NCBI GenBank assembly: GCA_010015805.1
Contig: ML978129.1
Location: forward strand, 248,001-312,000
Length of the DNA stretch: 64,000 nucleotides
Source: Rhizodiscina lignyota
Taxonomy: Eukaryota
Reading direction: 5' to 3'
The notes under the pieces were generated by a model. It was not told the DNA's origin. It did no database searches and saw only the letters and a list, made by a program, of their open reading frames with translations. This document shows positions 1 through 12,351 of the stretch, in pieces. A program made the position numbers and the translations under genes. Within the stretch, counting starts at the first letter, position 1. The number at the start of each line of letters is the position of its first letter.

Positions 1-113
1 TCCCCGACTTTTGTCGTATTCAATTCTAAAGACATTATTATCTCATACCTCGAACCAAGATAGCGCGCAGCATTGATTTCCACTCAGGGAGACGGAGACT
101 AACTTTTACTTAG

Positions 114-868
114 AAATGCGTTAATCTACTACTCGCCCACGCTCTTCCAAACCATGGGCCAAGGCCACTCCATGCAACTCATTCTTTCGGGGGTGCTCAA
201 CATTGCACAGTTGGTGGGAGTCGCGACCAGCCTGTGGACAATGGATCGCTTCGGACGCCGGCCATTGTTGCTCTGGGGAAGCGTCTTTATGACCATCAGT
301 CATGTCATTATCGCGGCCTTGGTGGGACAATTTTCAAACAATTGGCCGGCTCATACTGGCCCTGGATGGACTAGTGTCGCGTTTCTGTTTGTCTACATGG
401 TCTCCTTCGGCGCTTCCTGGGGTCCTGTGCCATGGGCCATGCCGGCCGAAGTATTCCCTTCGTCGCTACGTGCCAAAGGTGTTGCGCTCTCGACATGCTC
501 GAATTGGCTAAATAATTTCATCATCGTGAGTCGTACTTGAATGGATCTAACGAGCAGTAATTCTTACTCTGGTCAGGGTCTCATCACGCCACCACTGGTA
601 GTGAACACCGGTTTCGGAGCCTACGTGTTCTTCGCCGTCTTTTGCGCATTGTCCTTTGTATGGACGTTCTTCTTTGTGCCTGGTAAGGCGTTAACGCGAA
701 ATTTAGCTCGTAGAACGATACACTAACTGTGCAACAGAAACCAATGGACGCTCTCTAGAGCAGATGGATCACGTATTCAAAGACCATACGACTGAGGCGG
801 AAGAACAACGAAAGCTTCGAATCGAGAGAGATATTGTCGGTGGCAAAGATGTGCCAGCACAAGCTTGA
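114..868 (+). CDS. MFS sugar porter (hexose/quinate-type transporter), 3' part; 5' end lies outside the window
   Basis: Exons 114-525, 577-682, 738-868 joined by GT..AG introns. Sugar-porter motifs NALIYYSP, DRFGRR, SWGPVPW..PAEVFP..LRAKG, FFFVPET.GRSLEQMD. Stop TGA at 866-868. Confidence 0.93.
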
Positions 869-1890
869 TATTTTCGTATTGGTCGGGCAATGTGTGCATG
901 GAGGCTTTTGTCAAGTTTCGTGTCCCTTATTTGCGACACTGTACTCTATACCAGGCCTTGAACAGGGCTAATACTGACATTCCTGGCGTTCGAGCTGGAA
1001 ATGAGAGCCATTAAATGAATCAGGTGTCACAGGACGGTTGGGTCGCCAATTCCACTACTGCATGAGTATGGACTTCCCGGATCATAGTGGAAAGACGCCT
1101 ACATATTAATCAAGCATAGTTTAACAATCATAAGTATCCCCCAGGCAAATTCCCCCGCACATCAGACAGAACGACAGCCTCGTCATGGCACATTGGCTTC
1201 TTGCCGCGAGTTGAGCCTTAAGCCTTGTGCATCAAGTTCGCGCTGTGAAAGTGACTCGCCTCACTCACGTAGTTATGGTACAACATTGATGTGGACAGCA
1301 TCTTGTTAGCCGGATATTCCGCCGACAGAAGAGAGTGATGAATAAAGAGTAGTTCTCGCATATGGGGTTCTTTCTGGTAGGAGCTTAACGGTCCCCAAGC
1401 TCTCCCAAGACTGCCAAGTGCGCGCCAAGACCTCTCCGCCAATGGGACCCACATCTCCGCCGGCTGAGCGCCGTCCTCGGCGCGTCTTTTGAACCAACCT
1501 AAACACCACCATCGAGCACGGGGATTCCTCCACTCGCACTACGAAGACGTGCCATTCCTGAACATCGAAAATTCCATGTCAACATTCATCGAGGAAGCCA
1601 CTTATACCAGGAACTTCGCAGGGCATGCTTAGAAATAGCTCCTGTTCATTGGACAATTGAGCCGACTCCTGAAGCTCCATCTGACGATCTAAAGAGCTTG
1701 GAGCTATGAGATTTGTTTGTCTTTGTGCTTTGGTACGACTTTTGACGTAGAGCTGCAGTCATCTCGCAGAAATGGACGGAAGGTAGAATGGACTTAAGAA
1801 GGAAGCTGCTCGCTGCCTGCAAAGCCGTGCCCTGAGAAGACTCTTACTCTGCTTCATTCATTCCACTTTTCTATCAACGATCGATTAGCT

Positions 1891-3807
1891 ATGCTTCTAT
1901 CTTTGGCCTCGCTCTTACTCCTCGTTGGCTCTGTCACTGCCAGCTGGGAAGGAAATATCAATTATCGTAGCCCTTCAGAGCGACATGCCTCACTCGGAAT
2001 CGACATCTCCAAGGTCTTAAAGCGGTCGAGCGGTGTCTTCAAGCGTGATGCCGATCCTGATGCGCCACAGCCTGGGACCTCATCATGGAGTGCGAGCGAG
2101 CTTAACTTTACCCATGGCGTCGCATCCGGCGACCCATGGCCAAATTCTGTCATACTTTGGACAAGAATCTCTCCAATGATGGCAAACGATGAGAGCAACG
2201 TGACCGTCGAAGGAACTGCGCCACTATACAATCACGAGACGGAGCAATACATCGATATCGCATCTAAGCGCGCTTGCGTGGAATATGTCGTCAGCACTGA
2301 CGAGAAACTATCCAAAGTCATTACCAAAGGCACTGCTTATACTACTTCGGATATCGATTTCACAGTTAAGGTTGAGGCAAGAAGATTGAAACCGTGGACC
2401 ACCTACTATTACCAGTTCAGCGTCTGCGGCTCATCCAACAAGAGCCCACTCGGGCGGACGAAGACTGCCCCTCGCTTGCATCAGAAAATCACGCATGCAG
2501 CAATTGCTGTATTCTCGTGCAGCAACTACCCCAATGGCTACTTCAATGCATACGGTAACGCAGCACGGAACGATAGAGTTGATTACTTCATCCACCTCGG
2601 CGACTATATCTACGAGGGCGGTGTCGGCGTGCTGGGTAAAGATCCTAGAGCCACCGCTCCGGAAGATGCTATCTTCACACTTTTTGACTATCGAACACGC
2701 CTTGCGGAGTACAGGACTGACTTGGATCTCTCGCTGGCGCACCAGAATTTCGCATGGATTCCCGTTTGGGACGACCACGAGATCTCCAACAACGGTTGGA
2801 GAGACGGTTCGAGTGGCTTGAATAACACTGAGGATTCTTTCAGAAATGATGGCGGCGTCAGCGTGGATCAGCGCAAGATGAACGCCGTCCGTGCTTACTT
2901 CGAATGGATGCCCATCCGCCAGGTGGACATGGATGACAATCTGCGCATATGGCGGACATTTTCCATTGGCTCGCTGTTCGACCTCATCATGCTAGACACC
3001 CGCAACTATGATCGTAGTATCACCACACTAGGGTGGAACGACGATTACATCTACGAAATATCGAACGATGCCGGCCGTACTCTCATGGGCTCGCATCAAG
3101 AGACCTGGTTCTACCGCCAGTTGTCCAACTCCAATAAGCGTGGAGCGACATGGCGTGTCATCGGAAACCAGATTGTCTTCTCAAGAATCAATGTCACGTC
3201 TTGGTTTGGCACATCCGAGAATCCGTACAATGGCGACCAATGGGACGGCTACATGGCCAACCGGAACAGGACCCTGCAGCATATGTATTCAAACAACATT
3301 GGGAACAACATTATGCTCGCTGGCGACAGCCACGCCAATTGGGTCAGTGACCTTGTCTGGCTCGATGAAGAGAAATACGACTCTCAGTCCGGCGCCGGTG
3401 CAATCGGTGTCGAGTTTGCTGGTACGGCCGTCTCTTCAACAGGCTTCGACGGTACCATTCGGGGCGCGAATAATCAGGCCAGCCTTCTGGTCCGCGATAA
3501 CGAAGAACTGCAGTGGCAGGAAGGGTACTATCGCGGCTACTTTGAGCTACATATCACGCCGGACTCTGCGACGGCAAGGTACTACGGCTGTCCAACGGTC
3601 GCGGAGAGGAATGCGTATGAGGTCAGCTTGGCCAACTTCACAGTCAAGGCTGGCGCGAATAGATTGAACAGGCCGATTGCAGGAGGCAGTGTGTACTCCG
3701 GTGCGACTCTGGAGAAGGAATATTTCCCGAGCAATCTGACGTACAACACCGAGACGAAGCAGTGGTCGACGATTGGGTTTGATACTATGTTCATTGAGTA
3801 CGAATAG
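1891..3807 (+). CDS. phoD: Secreted PhoD-family alkaline phosphatase/phosphodiesterase, 638 aa
   Basis: Signal peptide. Motifs FTHGVASGDP..SVILWTR, HLGDYIYE, WDDHE, AYFEWMPIR, LDTR, DQWDGY, GDSH. Single exon. Confidence 0.95.
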   Translation: MLLSLASLLLLVGSVTASWEGNINYRSPSERHASLGIDISKVLKRSSGVFKRDADPDAPQPGTSSWSASELNFTHGVASGDPWPNSVILWTRISPMMANDESNVTVEGTAPLYNHETEQYIDIASKRACVEYVVSTDEKLSKVITKGTAYTTSDIDFTVKVEARRLKPWTTYYYQFSVCGSSNKSPLGRTKTAPRLHQKITHAAIAVFSCSNYPNGYFNAYGNAARNDRVDYFIHLGDYIYEGGVGVLGKDPRATAPEDAIFTLFDYRTRLAEYRTDLDLSLAHQNFAWIPVWDDHEISNNGWRDGSSGLNNTEDSFRNDGGVSVDQRKMNAVRAYFEWMPIRQVDMDDNLRIWRTFSIGSLFDLIMLDTRNYDRSITTLGWNDDYIYEISNDAGRTLMGSHQETWFYRQLSNSNKRGATWRVIGNQIVFSRINVTSWFGTSENPYNGDQWDGYMANRNRTLQHMYSNNIGNNIMLAGDSHANWVSDLVWLDEEKYDSQSGAGAIGVEFAGTAVSSTGFDGTIRGANNQASLLVRDNEELQWQEGYYRGYFELHITPDSATARYYGCPTVAERNAYEVSLANFTVKAGANRLNRPIAGGSVYSGATLEKEYFPSNLTYNTETKQWSTIGFDTMFIEYE

Positions 3808-6036
3808 ACTATAGATAGGAGTTGATGGAGACTGTTACTATGTTGTTGCGCTCTTGCGCGTTAGCCTTTCTTCACAAATTGCACCTGCCTTGAGGGCTTC
3901 GGTAATATGGATATTAATTAGAAGGTTCTTCAAAATAGTAGTTCATATTGGCTACACGATAAGCTCAGTGATTCAACAAGAATTGTCATGTCGAGGGTGG
4001 ATGTAAGTAGAGCCGCGAGTTCGCGTTAACAAAAATGGCCCAAGTTCGCGACCTGATTGAGCCGAGTCCCGCGCATCGCAAACGAGTCGCTCGAGAGCAG
4101 TCCGCGCAGAATAAAGGTCTCTACAAGTTCGGCGATACGATAGGTGATCATCGCACTACCGTTTTTCGTGTTCGCGTTCGCCCTGCCAGCCGAGAAACTT
4201 CTTTAAGGCCCCATCATCGTCATTTGAAGCTCGTTGATCGGGACTGCGCTATGCTGGATGTTAGAAGCAGCGCACTCCAGAAGTTCTACATGATGGATAA
4301 ACACGTCGATACAGATGAAGCTGGAATGCCCTAAAATGCCTTGTCATATAGAGATGGTTTGGAACACTGTTCACCCTTCGAGAGGTCCCTCGAACAACCT
4401 TCGAAAGCCTAAATGCTGGAACTTGGTACTTGAAAGAGCTAAGAAACCTGAGAAGGCCGGAGTCTCGCATCTCATTTCAGTCTCGGTCTGGCGGTGGAAG
4501 AGGGTGAAAACGATACCGTGTCACAGGCGGGTAGCAGCGTTCGTGTTAACCCTCTGATCGCTATGCGGCATTAATAAATTGATACACTGCATGGATTGTA
4601 GGATTGATGCATCCCGTCTCTTGGATAAGGGCCTTTAAATTGAGAGTATATATAAATTGATGTGTCATACAGAGATTGAAGCACGACATGGTATCTAGGA
4701 AGATATCCAGGTTCGTCGTTTATTGCGGGTGACGATGCCTGCCGAGAACGAGAAAGATTCCCAACCCATCTAAGAAATAGAGTGTAAAAGGAGGAGAAAA
4801 AGAGACAGCTGAGAAACGAGAGGTCTTATCTCGAATACGGCTCCATGTGGGCGAGACAAGGAGTTCAGTACGAGCCTTGTGGCTAGGTAGATTGATATCG
4901 ACCAGGTTGGTGTGGGCGTACAATGTGCATCTGTACATCATAATCTGTAAAATACTCGCTGAAGTAGGACATGGGCATGTCGAGCACTATTAGTTCGTCC
5001 AACGCACCTCTGCAACATCGGTACATCAACGGCAAGAGGGTGAGGCGCAGGACAAGGAAGCAGGCGAGCGTGACGCCGCTGGCTTTTTTGATGGGTCTTT
5101 CTCCTTGGCAAAGAGCACTCGGTTCTGCTGTAGTAGGAGATCCTGTTTTGCTTCTCCGGCGGTTGCTCAAGGAAAGGAATGGATTGTCATGAATTGTGGG
5201 GAGGAGTCGAGGTTTGGGTTGAGGTGGGCTCAGGCACCGCCCACTCATCGAGCTGCCTTGGGTGCACCGCACGCCCCGAAACAGACCAGCCTTGTTATAG
5301 TGGGGTACCCCTGGCACGGGTGCCGCCCCGAGTGCATCAGACAACCAAGCACAGCAAGGGCGTCGCTTCTCTTTGTTTGAAATCGGGGACTGGCTGCGAT
5401 TTTGCTTGCACATCACAACGTCTGTGTGCGCGTAACCTTCGATGGATTGCTCCATGTGAGAGGCAAGTGTGTTTTGCCTCTTCATCTTTCTTACAATGCA
5501 CTCCTCACATTCGCTATTCGTTTGACAGTTGGCCTGAGTTCTTTCTCCTTCCAGTCAATTAACCACTATTCGCTACTACTTCACTGGGACAAAAGCTCCA
5601 CTCGCTATCATCAGAGCTCCGGCAACGCTCAACAACTCAAGGGAAAGAGTCCATTACATCTTCCTACATTGGTCGTTTGGAAGTCTCCACGGAGGGAACC
5701 TGCAGTGTGAGGGGAAGGGTACCCCCCCTCCAAGAGTAGGTCCCAGAGCGAGGCCCATACCTTGCTCGTGCTTGACCTGGGAGTCTCAACGACCGCTTTT
5801 ACGCCGCAATTGACTTACTTCGCTTTCCCATCTCGTACATTACGTTGTTCGTCTAAATGTGGTCCGAAGATACCTGTGGACGGCTCCTGATGTTGTCATC
5901 GCTAGCCTAGGTATTCCATCCCTACCTTAATTCTTGTGAAGACGGCTCCTGCCATCAAGCATGAGGAAGTTGACGGTGCGGTCATATTCCACGCGATAGC
6001 TATCGTCCATAACGTCGAGCGTACTCTTACCTCGTG

Positions 6037-7698
6037 ATGACTCTACACACTTCGTCGGCGTCAGTGCCTTATCCTCCCTCCGACTCGGATTCTCTTCCCA
6101 ACGACATCTCATTGGAAGAGAAGCTCTCTCTACTGGCCGACAAGACCGATCTCGTTTACGAAAAGGACATCGAAAGCGATTCGTTTTACACTCTTTCCTC
6201 TCCAACTTCGACATCTCCACCGTTATGGCTTACGGCGAAGACTTATTTCCGCAGTGTGCCAGCTCTTTCAAAAGCCACACATATCGTCCGATTCTTCATC
6301 GCCCTCCTCCCTTCCTTCGTCCAGACTCGCCTCAGCGGTGAGATATCCAAACCGGCTCGACTACTGCCGACTTCTCATCTCGATGGCATGCGTGGTCTCG
6401 CTGCCTTCTTTGTATTCATATGCCACTTGTTTTATAATTGTTATACCATTACTGTCGGCTTCGGGCAAGGAGAACCAGGCCAGAATAATAACATGCTCCA
6501 ACTACCCATCATCCGATTGCTCTACTCGGGGCCTCCAATGGTCGCCATGTTCTTTGTCATCTCCGGATATGCATTGTCTCTTAAGCCGCTCAAGCAGGCG
6601 CGAGCACAGCAATGGGATGCGCTGCTCAACACGTTGACGAGTTCAACTTTCCGACGCGGAATGCGTCTGTTTCTCCCCACCACGGCGTCGACGTTCCTGG
6701 TGGTCGTAATGCTGCGGTTGGAATGGTACGAGGGAACGAGAGAGTTCGCCTCAAACAAGGACTTCATGCGCAACGTCCTCGAGAAGCACCCAAAGCGTTT
6801 TGAGACGCTAGAGTTGCAGCTCCACCATTGGGCTTGGAAGGTGTTCAGCTTCGTCCACGTTTGGGGATGGGAGAACTTTGGCGGCAGCACACCATATGAT
6901 GTCCATCTGTGGACGATACCTGTCGAGTTCCGCTCGAGCTTGGTGCTGTTCCTGACGCTCTTAGGCCTGGCGAGAACCAAGGTGTGGATGAGGCTGACTC
7001 TGCTGGTCGGGGTGATGTGGTTCACCATTCGCGGCGATCGCTGGGAAATGGTGCTGTTCCTTGCAGGCATGTTCCTCGCAGAGCTAGATCTCATTCGCGG
7101 TCCTCTTACTCCGTCGTCTCCCGGAGCGACAGAGGCAACTGCAACGCTGGCTCCCCAGTCCGAAAAGGAGATCGAGGCGCCACCGCGAGTCCCGAAGATT
7201 GTGTCGCATTTGATGCGTTATATCTGGGTCGCGCTCGGCATCCTCGGCCTGTATTTTATGTCGCAACCCGACAGCTCCTTCGACTCTACGCCTGGCTGGA
7301 TGTGGCTCTCCACTTTCATCCCCAAGTGGTACACCCAGCGCTATCGCTTCTACCAGTGCCTTGGCAGTGTCATATTCGTCTGGGCGACCAATAATTCACA
7401 GATTCTCCAGCGCCCATTCAATCACCCCTTTGCACAGTACCTGGGCAAGATATCGTATGCCCTCTATCTCGTGCATGGCCCGGTCATCCACGTCGTCGGT
7501 TATCGTGTCGAGGAGTGGTGTTGGAGCGTGACGGGACGGGACACGCCCATGAAATACAATCTCGGCTTCTTTCTGAGCACGCTGGTCATCGTGCCTGTGA
7601 CTGTGTGGATCGCGGACCTGTTTTGGAGAGGAGTAGATACGCCGTGCGTCAGGTTTGCGAGGTGGTTTGAGAAGAGGTGCTGTGTGCTGGATACTTGA
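6037..7698 (+). CDS. Acyltransferase-3 (OafA-like) multi-pass membrane O-acyltransferase
   Basis: ATG at 6037. Motifs HLDGMRGLAAFFV, MFFVISGY, RR.MRL.LP, HLWTIPVEFRSS, YLGKISYALYLVHGP; many hydrophobic helices. Confidence 0.9.
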   Translation: MTLHTSSASVPYPPSDSDSLPNDISLEEKLSLLADKTDLVYEKDIESDSFYTLSSPTSTSPPLWLTAKTYFRSVPALSKATHIVRFFIALLPSFVQTRLSGEISKPARLLPTSHLDGMRGLAAFFVFICHLFYNCYTITVGFGQGEPGQNNNMLQLPIIRLLYSGPPMVAMFFVISGYALSLKPLKQARAQQWDALLNTLTSSTFRRGMRLFLPTTASTFLVVVMLRLEWYEGTREFASNKDFMRNVLEKHPKRFETLELQLHHWAWKVFSFVHVWGWENFGGSTPYDVHLWTIPVEFRSSLVLFLTLLGLARTKVWMRLTLLVGVMWFTIRGDRWEMVLFLAGMFLAELDLIRGPLTPSSPGATEATATLAPQSEKEIEAPPRVPKIVSHLMRYIWVALGILGLYFMSQPDSSFDSTPGWMWLSTFIPKWYTQRYRFYQCLGSVIFVWATNNSQILQRPFNHPFAQYLGKISYALYLVHGPVIHVVGYRVEEWCWSVTGRDTPMKYNLGFFLSTLVIVPVTVWIADLFWRGVDTPCVRFARWFEKRCCVLDT

Positions 7699-8416
7699 AT
7701 AGAAAGGTTACGTTGTTAACTCTTAGACTAAGACAATGCTTTGGAACAATTGGAAAGTCACAACTGATGCGATAATGGGAAATTGGAACGGAATAGAAAA
7801 AGTGGAACGGCGGGTGTGGTTGAAATATGGATCTGGCGATCCGCAGTCCGCAGGACGCTATGCCGGACTGGGTGGTGGTGATGGTGGAATGGCGCGATTC
7901 AGGTTATAAGCGAAGGCATCCGTGCATAAGATGGTGCAGCATGATGATGGATAGAATTAGGATGCTCCAAGAAGAACAGCAATTATTTCTTGTGAATTCC
8001 TATATAGAGTACCGAAATTAGAACCCTCGTAAACGTTATATTCTCCTCTCTGATTGAATTGATGAGGTACAGCAACCTTACTCCTGATAGCTTTTCTTGT
8101 ATTTACGAAGCGGAGTTTTACGAAATCGTTGAACTGAATTGTTTCAAACATGATCGGAATGCAGGACGCCCAGCGCTGAAAGGAAAACTACAATCGTATT
8201 AAATCACAGCCAGCCATTGTGAAAGCCAGAAACCAATATCAACCATATACTCCCTACGCCGGCCAGTTATCTGAAATGCAACGGTTACTGAACGCATAAT
8301 GCGCTGGGTTGCACATTTACCGCACACGTGAATATCAGTCTCAGTCTATTCCACCGGCGCGCGGAAGCCTCAATGATTTTGGAGACGCTTGAACTCTCCG
8401 CCGATGTCTGGCCAGA

Positions 8417-10060
8417 TTAAATATTGTCGAAATAGGTGCTAAATGCATCATCAGGGTTGATGCCAGGGAGGGTATACAGGTCTTCGTGTAAATCTGGCAA
8501 GTTTGTTCCATCAGCCTGCGGTGTGAGCCCTGAGATGGAGAAGCTCTGATTCTCATTTGGAAGGAATAGAGTTGGAGTTTCTGAGTCTAAGTATCCATGA
8601 GGGGGTTGAGCATTGGGCTCGTGTGGCAGTATGTTGCCATTTCCAATAGCAGGGAACGACTGCCCTGGGAACGGTGTCCGCCCTTCGTGTTGAGGCGCAG
8701 GGCTGCTGTCAGAGTTGTACATGTTTCCAACTATGTCGTCGCTAGGGGGCTGAGACTGAGTGTGAGGGGCCGGAACACGCCTTTGGCTACGCGAACTGAC
8801 CCGCATCGAAGACTGTGAGTGACGGCTTTGCTGTCGCTGCAGCTGTTGAGGGGTCTGGACAGTTGTCGAATGCGGCGGATGTCGTGTCCCAGAGTGTGGC
8901 GCAAGTTGCGACCTAGGGGAATCAGTAAGAGACTCGATTATCCCCAAAATGAAACGAGTAATTGCGGGCTGGTCGTCCCCAGATATCTCCCTCCTGCCCT
9001 TGATGAAACTCTGAAGCTCAAGCTGTCGCTTCACTGTAGCGAACTGTTCGGGAGTCCAGTGAGGAAGTGGCCAGAACCGAGTGTCGTCACCGAAATGCAA
9101 TTGTGATAGCTGTGTCCAGGTTTTCTTGATCCGAGATTGACCTAAAAGGTTCTTTATCATGATCCAGTCGTTGATCTCTTCGAATTTGTGGCCGGCCTCA
9201 ATATGTTTGTCGTAGACATGCTTACACCGCCGTTCCCAAGCGTTCTCGTCCTCTGGCCCGTCATCAGTCGTGACGTATGTACAGCCATAATACCCGCAAG
9301 CAAAAATCCTTTTCACTAGCTGTCGCGTGTCGTAGCAGGCCTTTGCGCTGCACTGATCATGCTCCCGTGTATGATGCTTGTTGATTTCAACTTCGAGGTC
9401 GAATGTTGCTTGACAACACGGCTCGTGCTCGCTTCTTCGATGGTTGCAGATCCATTGACGCCCAGGCTCGTGGAACTTCTCCTCGTGCTTTTTCCAATCG
9501 CTGCGCTTCGAGAAAGGTCTTGTACAATTTGATGAGAAAGTACAATATATGACAGCGCCGTCTCTTGGTCTGTTCTGACCGGCCCGTGGGCCACGCGCAG
9601 AGCGCTTCCGGGGGTGTTCTTCGGAAGGAAGCTCTTCAGTGGTGATCATGGAAGTGCTTGGAGGTGGCATATTTTCACTGGGTGGCATCCTCTGGTGTAT
9701 AGAACCTGAAGATACGCTCATCGTACTTGTTGTCCCACTAGATGAACTTGTCCTAACGCTAAATCTGCTGGATCCACTAGATCGACTTGATCCACTGAAT
9801 GAGGTCCGCATTGATCGCACGGAACCCTCGCCGGTAGACATCGGCGACGAATATTGATGTTGTACTACAGTGACGGTCAGTGAGCTATCCGGCATCGGCT
9901 ATGTTGACTCACGTGTTTGTAGGAGGGGGCTTTCCAAGGAACCTCTCTGTAACAAAACGCTGATGAGAGCTTCCGTCTCTTGTCTAGTGAACTTCTGTTT
10001 GCTTAAAAGGAGGGTGGATAGTTGTTCGTTGAGAGCATGGTGGAGGATTTGGCCGTCCAT
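8417..10060 (-). CDS. C2H2 zinc-finger protein (putative transcription factor)
   Basis: YCTFSSNCTRPFSKRSDWKKHEEKFH followed by further Cys/His fingers (WIC...C...KHHTREH; FACGYYGC...CKHVYDKH). Probable first exon 10060-9913 (ATG in ACAATG context) and 48-nt intron 9912-9865 (GTGAGT..CTGAC..TAG) that keeps the frame. Confidence 0.8.
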
Positions 10061-12351
10061 TGTACTATTAGCGAGCATAAGACAGAGAGCCACAAACGCT
10101 TTCCTTGTGTGTAGCCCTGCTTGAATGTGAGACCATTTCGTAAATCCGATACGGTACAATGCAAACGGTATGGAGGTGGAACCGTGAAATGTTGTGGCTG
10201 GTTGGAAAAAAGTCAAAAGATGATCACACAAAGTGTTTTGGAAGGTTCGGCCTTATTGCCATCATAATACGGGACTTCTGCACACGCTTTTCCATGGTGT
10301 GAAAATGCGCGAAGGGTATGGGAATCTTATTACTGATTTGAAGAACGACAGGTTCGTGCATAGCGATGACATGGTATACGGAATACATACGAGAAGCAAT
10401 TGCCACGCCCGCAAAATGGTCAGTGCTTTGAAGTTCGTACAGTACTCGCACTTTGGGGCGGACCGCTGTCGCCGACAGGCCGAGAGCTGGAGTCGATAGA
10501 GAGGGCGCTGGGAGGCGAATAACCTTGGTTAGCATCTGCGCCTCCCAGCTATCAAGGACTCAAAAATCCATGAGTTTGAATCAACAGTCTTAAGGAAGGT
10601 GGTCTGCATTTCGCGTGGAACCAGGATCTGCGCATCTAAAAAGGGGATTAGAATCGCAAACGTAATTGCATTGGTGTGTTCTTCAGTAGGTAATCCACAC
10701 CAATGGTGTGCGTACTAGTCCGACTGCCTTATGTCTGCCAGTGTAAGCAACATCTCTGTTAAACGAGTGGGAAGTGGTTCGACGAGAGGTATTGATAGGG
10801 TCATTTTCTAACGTAAGCGTTTGTCTATCTGCGCCGTTGTGGGTTGCAATTAGTCTTTATGAGTGGTAATTTCTTCAGGATAGTTGTCGATTCGACGTCG
10901 ATGACATGCTTGGAGAAGCTATGAAGAAAATATTCTGAGCGCCCGCTACGTGGGGTGAGTGAAGCATGCATTCGCAACGAACCACAGTCCGCAGCGGGCG
11001 CAAGCTGATGAGGTTGCCTGAGAGGATCTTGCATTTGTTGCTCAGGACCTGCATCTTTGCCACCTGCTGTAATTACGCCCCGCAACAGTTTGGGAAGGTG
11101 AGTCTCACCGCCCTGATCGACTTTAGCGAGCCGGGAGCCAGTACCCAAACAGTCCAACACAGCGAGTTGTACATGGAGCAAGTAGTAGCAATATATGGAA
11201 GCCTAACGTTGCGAATTTCGATCTCCACAGGAATTCAGAAGCGGAACCTATTTGTGGCCTTGTCACGTCAGAGAGATCTCTGGAACATGACCGGTACTCT
11301 CTGTAAACGTCAATAGAAGGACAGCTCGGGGAGGATTGTTACGACGCCGGCTTCTGAAGTGGCCCAGGAGGTACGTATTTCGATGAAATACTGTTGACAT
11401 TGAGACTTCCTCGCGAACAGGGGAGAAATGAGAGACGCGTCGTGTATGGTCTGCCTAGATTTCTACAGCGTCTCAGATTGATTTGGAGTCTCGGACGAGA
11501 TGACTTGGAGTTGGCGGCCTGGTAAGCCATTTGAAGACTAACAAGAACCGTCAAAGTTCGCGTACTCAGCAATGTTCATGGCATCAACTCGTAGGCATCT
11601 TGCATTGAGAGCTTTCGCACCCCTCTTTGTCGGCCCCTTATGTGCGCGGAACGGAGTCGGAGAAGAGGAAAGCCTGGCGGACGCGCTGAGCCGCACTTTC
11701 GTTAATAAGTCAGTATTTCGCCAACCATTCTCTGGCCGAGACTAATTTCCGCAAGCCTCAGTCTTTCTTTCATTTCTTATATACCAGTCAATTCCATTTT
11801 CATTCGCATTGATCATGTATAGAGTCCTTTTCATGTGCGCCCATCCTATTTTTATGTTGATCGTGTCCTGTGATACCAAAGGGCTCGAAATGGAGGAGCG
11901 GAAATTTATTGCCAATGGTGCCTCGTCAAGCCACCCGAATCGCGCTGGACTCGCGCCCACAAGCCCCTTTCCTTTGGCGTAGAGGCGCGAAAGCGGTCCC
12001 GTCTAGACTCCATTTTGTCTCGCGTTTCGTGCGCCATGCCCAGAAAATATCAGGAGGCACGCGCTTAGGCTAGAGTCGCGCAATTTTCAGCCGCACGGTA
12101 GGTGGCACATCGAGAGAGTTCTACAAAGTCTGCCTTGCGCTTCATTCCTTCAAGTGGTCCCCTCGTTTTTCGCTCAGCTAAAACATATCGTTCTCTCTTA
12201 TGCGACTCTTCGGACGCCTCTCGACCTCGCGTTCTGCGTTGCGCCTGAAGGTCTACCTGATTGCGCATTCAACTTTTTATTACCCCTCTTGACGCCTACG
12301 ACTTCAACCGATCATCCGGGCAGCTTCATTTCCTCCCGTCTAATCTTCAGC

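Noticed and set aside
1200..1890. Search for a Pho4/NUC-1 CACGTG box in the phoD promoter
   Set aside because: Only imperfect CACGTA/CACGTC sites were seen.
4883..5710. Several 100-200 aa ORFs on both strands upstream of the acyltransferase
   Set aside because: No recognisable motifs or coding-like composition; probably intergenic or UTR.
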